Source of the DNA: Neovahlkampfia damariscottae
Taxonomy: Eukaryota
Reading direction: 5' to 3'
Length of the DNA: 41,346 nt
NCBI GenBank assembly: GCA_016618085.1
Contig: JABLTG010000170.1
Span: 1-41,346, forward strand
Both the position numbers and the translations under genes were made by a program. This document shows positions 21,769 to 31,328 of the stretch, piece after piece (within the stretch, counting starts at the first letter, position 1; each line of letters begins with the position of its first letter). Under the pieces are notes generated by a model. The model saw only the letters and a program-made list of their open reading frames with translations. It searched no databases and was not told where the DNA came from.

Positions 21769-24292
21769 TTAATATTTGAAAAAATTAACAAATGAACCAA
21801 AAACACCACTTTCTGTGTTATTTTCTGTATCATAATGTCCATCATTATTAGAAATTGAAACACCAGATCTAGGAGAACCAGGAGAATTAATTCTTACTTT
21901 TTCACCATTTTTAGGTGAGATTTGTAATGATTTATCTGTTGGTATTGGTAATAATGGAAAATGATCAACAACTTGATTCAATTTTAAAATTGGATTTTTA
22001 TCTTCTTGAATTGATATTTTTGATTCTTCTATCTTTTTTGAATATGAATTTATTGTCAAAGCACAAAATAATAATGAACATTTTTGAATATTCAAACTAA
22101 TATTTTTGAAAATTTCAACTTCATAGGTTTGATAATTGATTGGATCAATTGTTTCAATTAAATCATTCATCAATTGTATAAAAATCTTTTCATTTTTTGT
22201 ATTATTTTTACGAGTCAATTTATTAAATGGCATACCAAAAAAGAATTCACCTAAAAATAAAAAATCAAAAATAATTTGAAGTAAAATATTTTCATCTAAT
22301 TCAACCAATGATTTTGTTTGAAAAGAAGAAAATAATTTTTCAATCATATTTTCAATTAATGAATCTAAAATGAATTGTTCCATTGAATAACCCGCAATAT
22401 TATAAATTTTAGTACAAATCAAAAGTAAAGTTTCATGAATAATTCTTGAAGGTCTTCCAGGTATATTTATAATTTCCTTTTCTTCCATTGTTCCAATTTC
22501 AATTTCAATCCAACTATCAATGAATTCATTTGAATCATATTCAAAATTTAAAATGGATGTTTTAAATAATTCAGATGTTTCATTAATCCAATTTGAATGT
22601 AATTTTAAATTTATATCGTCCAATTTTTCGTAAAAGTTATTTTTTTTATCAATTCCAAAATTCAATTCTTTCATTGTGTCAATGATACAATTTTTGATTG
22701 ATTGACAAATTCTAGCAAAAAATAGAAAATTATTTGTCGTTTTTAATTTTTTAGAAATGAATTCAGAAATCTTTTTAATGTATTCAAAGATTTGTTGGTA
22801 AATAAAATTCTCCAATGAATCTTCATTTTTTGATTTTTTTAATCTTTCTTTTACAATAAAAGAAGAAACATCTTCAATTATCAATTTAAATGATTCATAA
22901 AACTTCAATTCAACTATTTCTTTCACTCTTTTAGTTGATGCTTCAATGATGACATTTAATTTCATTGAATAATTTATATCTTGATCAAATGATTGATAAA
23001 TTGAATAAGGGTTTGTATATTCAATATTAATTCTTTGATTATATTTTGATATTAATTCATCAATAGAAAAGATTGGTTTATTCCATAAATATTCACCAAT
23101 AGAATAATCTCCGTCTTCTTCTTCATCAATTTCAAAGTTCAATTTTTCAAATTGTTTTTTGATGAATTCTTTTTGTTTTTTTAAAAAACTTTTTGAAAAT
23201 TTAGATTCATATAAATTATCAGAAGGAAATATTTTTGATAAATCAATATCAATAATTGAAATATAATTGTATTCAATTTCAATAAAGTTTGAATTTTTTT
23301 TGGTTTCTTCTTCAAGTTGTATGAATTCATTTGATGATTTTATATTATCACAGTATAATTCAAGTAAATTTTCGATGACAGGAATCATTTCTTTTGTCCA
23401 ACTGAATATTTTAGAACGAAAAAAAATTTTTTTTTACGCTTTGACTTTTAAAGTTAATATTTGTTGTGGTATTTTATTTTCTAATTTATTATTCAAAAAT
23501 TCTTTATATTCATTCCTTAAAAAATTTAAATTAAAAATAATTTCCATTGATTCTTCGATTTTTTGTTTCTCCAACAGCGAATCAAGTTTCTTGAAAATAA
23601 TATTTGAAAATAAAATAGTAGATTGAAAAGTATAAAATAAATCTTTTGAATTTTTGCAAGAAAGTAATAAATTCGTTCTTTTTTCTAAAAAATATTTCAA
23701 TAAGTCTTCTATTGTCCATTTTGATTCAATCATTAAAATTGAACACAAAACTTGAGCACATTCAATATCATTTATTCTATTTTTTGATTCACCTAAAATA
23801 TAATGACATTTACTCTTAATGAATTGTTTTTTATCTTTAAATTTTTGAATTTCTTCTTCGTCATATTTGTAATTTGTTTCTTGGAGGTGTTTGATTCCTT
23901 TACAAAAAAATAAAGAAGCATCGTAAAGGAAATTTTCTTGAACACATAAATAAATATTATTTGAGTAATCTGAAAGTAAATCTTCTTCTGGTTCTTCAAC
24001 AATATTTTTTATTTCTGAATTTTTAAGAAGAGGTTGATTCAAAACAGTTTCATATTCTGTTTGTAACTTTGAACAAAGTTCTGATATCCTGACAACTGAT
24101 TTCGCTACTTGAATGATATTGACATATTTTTCTCCAATTAATTGACGAAGTTGAGATTCAGAGTGATTAATTTTTTTTCTAACTTTTTAATATTAATTGG
24201 GCTCACCTCGTTTCATTTGAAATAAATTTGACATCTTCAACTGATTTTGTTTTGAATATTTCTTCGACTGTAGTTGTTAGTTGTTGAGTCAT
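21769..24292 (-). CDS. COG1: COG1-like tethering complex subunit (Vps51-type N-terminus), multi-exon
   Basis: N-terminus VEEIFKTKSVEDV...ESQLRQLIGEKYVNII, then W..IEI....E..INIPGRPS, LQIIFDFLFL and IDPI. Confidence 0.7.
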
Positions 24293-24506
24293 TTTTTTAG
24301 CCAACCAGCTACACCAAATTTTAGCCAATGATGTCAAACCATGAAAAAAACCACTGTACTTGAAGGTTTTGCCACAGTGACGACTTTTTCGTCAGATTTG
24401 GTTCTCCACAAAAACAAACCGTCCATAATTTTACTCCTTTACAACAACCTTTGCTCATAGAAAAATGTCATAACTCCATTTCCCATTGATCACCAAAAAA
24501 GGGGCA

Positions 24507-24576
24507 ATGAAACATCAAACACGGTAAAAATTTAGAAATCAGATGAAAAATCAAACACAGGTGAAAGTTTAGAAAT
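24507..24576 (+). repeat. Imperfect tandem duplication, period 36 bp, upstream of the tRNA
   Basis: ATGAAACATCAAACACGGTAAAAATTTAGAAAT versus ATGAAAAATCAAACACAGGTGAAAGTTTAGAAAT. Confidence 0.7.
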
Positions 24577-24645
24577 TTTTTTGAAACTTGGATAGGTATT
24601 TCAGTTCAATATCCCTGCGGTAATGGATAACTTTTAACATCAAGT

Positions 24646-24718
24646 GCCCGGCTAGCTCAGTCGGTAGAGCGTTAGGCTTTTAACCTAACGGTCGCGGGTT
24701 CGAGCCCCGCGTCGGGCT
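24646..24718 (+). tRNA. tRNA-Lys(TTT)
   Basis: Acceptor stem GCCCGGC/GTCGGGC, D arm GCTCAGTCGGTAGAGC, anticodon arm TTAGG-CTTTTAA-CCTAA, T arm GCGGG-TTCGAGC-CCCGC. No encoded CCA. T runs follow downstream. Confidence 0.97.
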
Positions 24719-24769
24719 GATTTAATTTTGCTTTTTGGGGGACTTGAATATTTTTTTGAATAAAATTTA

Positions 24770-25662
24770 TTAATTCTTGGCTAAACAAGTAATACTGAAA
24801 CTTTGTTGTTCTGGGTTTAAACTCATGTAATGTTTTACTACTCCAACTGATTTCTGAAAGAAAAGTTAATATTTCACTTCAGGTTACTTGTAAAACTTCT
24901 TCTGGTGTGCAACTTCCTCTATTTTGAGGGAATTCTCTTCTACCATCAAGTTCTAAATAAATTGTGAGTTAAACAATATATTTCAAGAATTACCATATAA
25001 AACTCCTTCTTTTTGAACAAAGCAAACAAAATGAATGTTTGTATCTTGTTGAAAATCAGAAATAGAAGTTGGATCTTTTGCTGTTTGATCATGTTTTTCT
25101 TTTAAATCATTTTAGTTAGAATGTATCTCACCTTCAACTTCAGTGTTTTTTTCCAAGTATTCTGCTCTTTCTTTTGGTGTCATTGTTTTTGTAGCTTCCG
25201 CAAAATTCTTGAAAAATCCATCCTAAAAAAAAATGAGTAAAACACGAGAAGGAATACTTTCAAATTTAAATCTGAAGCATTATTGAGAATGCTATGAATA
25301 ATTCCAATTGTTCCACAAGCATTTCCAATTGTTTGTTTCATATCTAAAAATATGAGTTTTTTTTATTTTTTTTACGATATAAATCTTTTGGAAATGTTTC
25401 TTTGTTTTTAATGATGTCTTCAGTTTCTTTTTTTTTTAAGTCTTCATTCTGAGTCATTTTTTTAGTAATAATAAATTACTTCTTTTGTCAGTGGAAAACA
25501 AAGTAAAACTGCGAGAACTGGTTGAGGAACCATAGCTAAAAGTTCTTCATCTAAACCAAATACATCACAGTATTGATACTTGTCAGATAGTCCCAATCCA
25601 TTTGAATACTTGTTCAATAAGTCTGGATAGTTTTCAAGAGGTAACCATTTCTTGTTGCTCAT
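24770..25662 (-). CDS. Ubiquitin C-terminal hydrolase (peptidase C12, UCH-L3-like), multi-exon
   Basis: WLPLENYP, VPQPVLAVLLCFP, MKQTIGNACGTIGIIHSILN, HFVCFV and ELDGRR. Confidence 0.92.
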
Positions 25663-25896
25663 CTTTGTTGTTGATGATGATTTGAGATTAAAAATAGCCA
25701 CCAATCATGTGGATTCATTTTATCCAAAATTCCGAACCGCATGTAAATAACTGGTTTCTGGAATTTAAAAATGGTGAATTTTACATGGAACGATTTAGAC
25801 CCATGACCATCCTACCAAATAGTGGCCGGAAAATAAAAACTGACAAAATTAAATTCATGGTAAAGTGGTAAGGTTTCAGGAAAAATCTGAAACTTT

Positions 25897-26290
25897 TAAA
25901 AAATTGCCATATTTACAGTAAATGGATTCATAATCAAGATAATGTAAATAAATTGAATCTAATGAATATGATGTTGTTGGTAAAACTAATTTAATTGGAG
26001 AATCTGAAACACCACTAACAATTGGAATAATAAATGTATTATGATTCATTTCAGATAAAACGTAAAGTTAATCCATTAACTTTTTGGTGCATCTACAAAT
26101 AATGGTATCATGACTGTTATCAAGTGTAGGATTTTTCAAAAATTCTTTATAAGAATTATCATCTAATGCAACAGTAGTAGCAGGCCTAAGCTTGTTTTCA
26201 GCGACTAAATTTTGGAATTCAAAGACCATAAAAATTCCAGCTGTAAATTCATCCGGCCAATCGCAGCCAGCACCAAAGAAATTATAAAAC
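25897..26290 (-). pseudogene. Degraded coding fragment, possibly from a P-loop NTPase (Crinkler-type) gene
   Basis: About 130 codons read as protein with one internal stop (26068-26070): ..IFMVFEFQNL...LMD*LYVL...FIIPIVSG. IFMVF-EFQ resembles a Walker B lacking its Asp. Confidence 0.35.
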
Positions 26291-26670
26291 TAACCTCTGT
26301 ACGTCGTTCAAATGAACAGTTCAGGAAATCAAGAAACAATAACAACCAACGGCTACAAAATCAACTTTCAAAAATTTGGAAATCAAACTCGGTTTCGGAG
26401 AATTTATAAATTCTGGGTTTGTTTTAACAATTGGAATTTGAAAAATAAAAATGAAGAAGTGTAGTATAAAGTTGTTGTAAAGAGATTGAATTGATGTATT
26501 TTTAATTTGATTAGTGAAGGTAATTGTTTTGAAAATAACTTTTTTAAAATAGCTGCTCAAACTGGTTGAAAAAATAAGTGATTCTTCCTGAACTCTGGAA
26601 TAATTCAGAGGTTTTGAATTATTTTTTTGGAAATTTGAATATGGTTGAAGGACGAAATTAATTTTTTTAT

Positions 26671-27176
26671 TTATTTTATTGCAAGTAAAAATTTGTGATC
26701 AACTAATAATTTATCAAACAACTGGTCACTAAATCTTTTGTCACATAATGCTTCCAAATAAAAATCATATTCTGAAAAATCCCATTCATCACCTAAAAGC
26801 TCAGCTTTATAAAAGTCCAAAGTGTCTTCCGATTTTTTAAAATCTTCTATTTTATTTGAGCTCTCCCTCATCATTAATAAAAAGAATGGTAATTTATCAA
26901 ATTCGTCATAATCGTCAGAATAATGCAACACTCCATTCATTTTAATTTCGCTTTCTTGCAATTGAAACTTCATTTTTCATATAATCCTTGTAAGTTTTGA
27001 GCAGCAGTGAAATTATCAAGTGTATTGTATTCAATTAACATTTTTGGATTTTCTATTCTTGTGTAACCAATAAGCATTCTTGGAATTTTACAATCTCTGA
27101 ATTTAAATAGCATTACCCAAGGAAATATATGCTCAATTACAATTTCTGTTGGTATATCTTTCCAAGTTAATTGCAT
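26671..27176 (-). pseudogene. F-box-like gene split into two ORFs by a 1-nt frameshift in an A run (or a homopolymer error)
   Basis: WKDIPTEIVIEHIFPW is F-box-like. The two ORFs overlap by ATGA at 26970-26973, and one extra A would fuse them. Confidence 0.45.
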
Positions 27177-27235
27177 TTGTTTTTTCTCCTATTTTTGATG
27201 CTTATCTGTATCTTGATAAGTAAGTGGGGTCTTGC

Positions 27236-27474
27236 CCGAATTGACATATAAAGGTTTTTTCGTTCTGGTGAGCTGAGAACGTCGGATTTTCTCTCCACTG
27301 GACCATCTTGAATTTTTTCATCAAAAAAAAGTCAGTTTCCCGTTTTTCAAATTTTGAATTCCGAATTGACATATAAAGGTTTTTTGATTCTGGTGAGCTG
27401 AGAACAGCAAATTTCCTCTCCACTGGACCATCTTGAAATTTTTCATCAAAAAAAACTCATTTTCCCGTTTTTCA
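27236..27474. repeat. Direct repeat, two ~114-bp copies with period 125 bp (27236-27349, 27361-27474)
   Basis: Both copies begin CCGAATTGACATATAAAGGTTTTTT and share TTCTGGTGAGCTGAGAAC and CTCTCCACTGGACCATCTTGAA. Confidence 0.92.
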
Positions 27475-27618
27475 TTCACCAAAATGTAAAAAAAATCATT
27501 CCATTTCTCCTCAGATGACAAAATTTTATGTTTCATTAAATAATTTTTTTTCAAAGGTTCTCAACTTCCAATGGTTTTCAAACGGTGCATAGAAAAGCTT
27601 CTATTTATAGTTTTTCCT

Positions 27619-28629
27619 TCAATTAATTTTGAATAAAAGTTTATTGCAAACCGTATTGGAAGTATTTGATATTTTCAAATTGTCATGATTAAAAGTATCC
27701 ACTGTCTCCAAGCAATCACTGTCATCATTTTTCTTTGATGAATCATAAATAATATAAACGATGAATTTAATCTTTTGGTAACTGTCAAAAAATTTTTTTA
27801 AATGAGCCATGCACACATGACATGATGGACTAGTAGAATAAATGATAGCAACATTTTTATCATTGAATTTTGGCCGAATCCTCCATAAAGTGTATGTGAT
27901 CATTCTTTCTGAGTGTTTGAGATTTTTTTTTCCTTGATCAGTGAGATCATTGAATGCAACTCCTTGAGTATAAATATCATCAAGATAATTATTATGATGT
28001 TTAAGCAACTTATTTAGTTCTATCATGGAATTATTTTCTTTTATAAAACGTTGATACTTTAAAGGAAGTAAAAACATCGTTTTCACATCAAAATTCATGG
28101 ATCCACGTCCACACTCAAACTTTTCAAAAAAAATATTTTCCACATTTTGGTTATTTGAACATTTTTCAATTTCTTGAATTTTTTGATTTAATTGAACGTC
28201 ATCTTTTTCTTGTTGTTCATAAGAAAATACGAATTTATAACCACCAAAGATACGACGGTCAATAAATGAGCTGAGAAAAACACAAATTTGACCATCTTGT
28301 CTAAAGTAATCGCCATTGATATACAGTAAACAAATGTTTCCTTCAAATTTTTGTGTTCCTTCAAAATGTAACCTTTCATCTGCCTTTTCTTGCAAAAACT
28401 TTAAAATTTTATCGTGTTCAGCTTTCATATCTTTTAAAATACTTTCTTCAATATTTGGAGTTTTAATACTTTCCCAATTTTTTTTATTTTGATCTTTGAG
28501 GTATGCATAAAAATCCTTTTTTTTTTTCATTTCTTCAGCGTCTTTTTTGAGCTTGCCCAAAAATTGATCTTTCTCACCTGGTTGTAACAAATTTAAATAT
28601 TCTGAGAAAATTCTTTCTTCTTCAGTCAT
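27619..28629 (-). CDS. Putative Zn-dependent deaminase-fold protein (intronless)
   Basis: HSE followed about 30 aa later by IIYSTSPSCHVC, fitting the HxE...(P/S)CxxC arrangement. N-terminal coiled coil. Confidence 0.65.
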   Translation of the reverse strand: MTEEERIFSEYLNLLQPGEKDQFLGKLKKDAEEMKKKKDFYAYLKDQNKKNWESIKTPNIEESILKDMKAEHDKILKFLQEKADERLHFEGTQKFEGNICLLYINGDYFRQDGQICVFLSSFIDRRIFGGYKFVFSYEQQEKDDVQLNQKIQEIEKCSNNQNVENIFFEKFECGRGSMNFDVKTMFLLPLKYQRFIKENNSMIELNKLLKHHNNYLDDIYTQGVAFNDLTDQGKKNLKHSERMITYTLWRIRPKFNDKNVAIIYSTSPSCHVCMAHLKKFFDSYQKIKFIVYIIYDSSKKNDDSDCLETVDTFNHDNLKISNTSNTVCNKLLFKIN

Positions 28630-28699
28630 AGTGTTGAATCAAGTGCATGCAATTGGTGGAGAAATAAATGAAGTTTTTATTGGACAAAAAAATGAAAAT

Positions 28700-29636
28700 T
28701 TATTCTTGGAGATTCATAATTTTCTTTTCCAACGATAAATGTTTTCTTTTACATTTAGAAACAGAAAGTCCAAATTCATAAAATTTAGACAAATATCCTA
28801 ACGCACTAATCGAAGGTGGTTGGCATTGTGCTGCACGTTGAAAGAATCTAAATGCTTCATCAAAGTTTTTTGACTCATATAAATCAATACCAACAATATA
28901 CATATTGTCTGCGTCATTTGATAAAAGAGCAGTTTGGTATTGCCCAGTTTCTAAATTTTTTTCATAAACTTTAGAAAGATCAATGAGGTGCTTCTTCCAA
29001 CTTTTGTAATCATCTGTTTGGTTTACAATTATTTGATAATTTTCACCAGAAATTTCTAAAGGTGGTACTTTGAAATTCGAAAAATCAACAAAAATATTTC
29101 CAGAATTTTTAAAGTCAAGTTTTGTAAAATCAAAATCATCATCAAACTCTAAAAGCAAATTATTTGAATAAATTTCAACTAGTTCATTTGATTTCTTTAA
29201 TTTGATATATTCATATTCTTCCAAATCTGAAGAATTAAAACTAAAATGACTTACCAAAGAAGTAATCCAATTTTTTTTCGACTTCCGTAATGGTTAATTT
29301 AGAAAATTCTTCTATATTCATATCTGATGTTGTTCCTTGTTCTAATTCCTCAATCCATTGTTGTAAGGAACTTTTGAAAAATTCTGAAATTGTGTTATAG
29401 TGTAAACCATTTGTGTAATTTAAAAATTGTTTGTACCAGTCTTTTTCGCCTTTGTTACATTTTTTCATCGCCAAAACTGAATATAAAAATTTTTTTGCTC
29501 CTTTTTTGACTTTAAATGTTTTGTTGTACTCTTCGACAAATTCTGAACAAAATTGTCTCAAAGATGAATCTGTGTTTTCGTAGATGTGACTTTTATGGTT
29601 CCTCAAAAAAATTTTGAACAACTCCAACTTTTCCAT
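28700..29636 (-). CDS. Protein with C-terminal Sel1-like repeats; single gene joined by a 28-nt intron (29227-29254)
   Basis: The GTAAGT...CAG intron joins the two ORFs in phase (TTT G|AT TTG). Sel1 pattern: ADNMYIVG...KNFDEAFRFFQRAA...ALGYLSKFYEFGLSV. CCAATCA lies 11 nt upstream of the ATG. Confidence 0.75.
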
Positions 29637-30145
29637 CAAGTACTTCTGATTGGCTGGAAAATAATGCAAACAACATTGAATAAAATAGACAACAATAATC
29701 CTGTTTTAAAAATCAATTCCGGAATTTTAATTGGAAAATGGGTAAGAAGGAAGACAAAAAACAACTTATCGATAAGTTTCGTGGGTTGATACAATTTGCT
29801 ATAACTAAATTTATTTCAGTTTTTTTTACTTATACGTTGACTTTATTGTGACCAAGAAGTTTACAGATCATGTTCGTATTCTGGTTCTTTTATAGATTAT
29901 GTTTGGTCATTTTAGCTCTGACTGTATGCGCGCTACATTTTTCAATCAGTTTGTATATAGAAGGTTTGTAAGCTATACAATTGTTGAAACGATAATTATG
30001 ACCAGTTTACCTTTTCTTCATGATTTTATTTTATATTTACGTTATGAAGGTCACATAATAAAACAAAAAATATCTAATTTAGTGGCAATATTTTACAATG
30101 TAAATTTATTCGAGGATTTAAACAAAAGTATAACAAAAAATAAAT

Positions 30146-31183
30146 TTACTTCTTTTTATTTCTTCTTGTTTTAACAGGTGTTGTTCCAATAAATTTAGTT
30201 TTTTCTGGTTCATTTTGTGTTGGTATTTGTGGTTCAATAATTTTATTGATTTTATCAACATCTGTAACCTTCAACAAATTTCTTGGGTTAAATAATTTTT
30301 CACCAGTTGCTCCAGATTCCAAATTCTTCAATTTGTATTTATTTCCAACAACATGAGTGATTACATAAATGGATTTTGAATTTTTAATAGCATCTCCTTT
30401 TTCGAAAATTTTTTTATTTGAAACTATTCTTACCTTGTCGCCAACAGAAAATTTTGGAGTGATTCTTTTTATTTCTTGACGATTAATGTCTTTTCCAGAC
30501 CAAACATCTGCAGGTTTAGCATTTATGGTTGAATGAAGTGTATTATTATATTTTTTAATAATCATAGGTAATACCTTGTACCATTCTGTTTTACCCGTTG
30601 ACACTCTCCAATTTTGCAACAAAACTGCTAAAGTTCTGTTAAATGATTCAACCAATGAATTTTTAATTAAATCATCAGTTTCAGAATAAACAACTTTAAC
30701 ATCATTTTCTTTCATTAATTTAACAAAATCATCAGAAATAAATTGATTATCACATCTTAGTTCTTTTGGATATCCCATTTCTTCCATAATTTCTTTCACC
30801 GCATCAAGAAGTGTAAAAGCTTTATTTCCTCTGGTGGATTCCTTTAATTTCATATTTGTTAAAGCTCTTGAAGAAACATATCTTGAATTTGTATCAACTA
30901 CATTTAAAATATATTGATATCCATGGATTTTAAAGCGATTATAAACAATAACATCCATATAATACAAAATGGAATTTTCTGGAACCATAATAGAATTAAA
31001 ATGTTTTTGTTTTTTAACTTTTTTGGTTAATTGATACCAATTTTGTTTATCTCTAATTTCTTTAATTTTTTTTTGTGTTGTGTTGATTCCGTGATCTTTT
31101 AACATCATCTGAAGTTTTTTCAAATCACTGTTCAATCCTGTATCAGGGTCGTTAATTAATTGTCTTATTTGTTGGTCTGTCAT
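30146..31183 (-). CDS. Retroviral-type (rve) DDE integrase, Polinton-like
   Basis: YMDVI, YILNVVDTNSRY, LRCDN, LVESFNRTL, YNNTLHSTI and FSVGDKVRI. The D-D-E triad appears intact. Confidence 0.93.
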   Translation of the reverse strand: MTDQQIRQLINDPDTGLNSDLKKLQMMLKDHGINTTQKKIKEIRDKQNWYQLTKKVKKQKHFNSIMVPENSILYYMDVIVYNRFKIHGYQYILNVVDTNSRYVSSRALTNMKLKESTRGNKAFTLLDAVKEIMEEMGYPKELRCDNQFISDDFVKLMKENDVKVVYSETDDLIKNSLVESFNRTLAVLLQNWRVSTGKTEWYKVLPMIIKKYNNTLHSTINAKPADVWSGKDINRQEIKRITPKFSVGDKVRIVSNKKIFEKGDAIKNSKSIYVITHVVGNKYKLKNLESGATGEKLFNPRNLLKVTDVDKINKIIEPQIPTQNEPEKTKFIGTTPVKTRRNKKK

Positions 31184-31328
31184 TATATTTATATGAGAAA
31201 ATACTTAAAGAAATAAAATTTGACCAATCACCACCAAATTTTTCATGTCAAAAAAAACGCACCAAAAAACAAACAAAATATAAAAAGGGTTTAAAAATAT
31301 AAAATTATTTTCTGATAATATATAAAAG

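Noticed and set aside
419..25662. Fragmented ORFs as pseudogenes or evidence of a non-standard genetic code
   Set aside because: The breaks are explained by 28-42 nt GT-AG introns that restore conserved frames. TAA, TAG and TGA all terminate genes at expected positions.
27236..27474. CRISPR-like array
   Set aside because: Only two long copies with no unique spacers of regular size and no cas genes. The context is eukaryotic.
27202..27554. Two short ORFs (73 and 77 aa) with similar peptides
   Set aside because: They are translations of the DNA direct repeat in shifted frames with non-ATG starts, and show no protein-like features.
27619..29636. Deaminase and Sel1 genes as cargo of the Polinton-like element
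   Set aside because: The Sel1 gene has a spliceosomal intron and both have host-type CCAAT leaders. They are treated as host-side until the element boundary is mapped.
29700..30145. Canonical Polinton terminal inverted repeat start and target-site duplication
   Set aside because: No clear AG/AGT-repeat terminus is visible and the other end is outside the window, so a TIR cannot be called.
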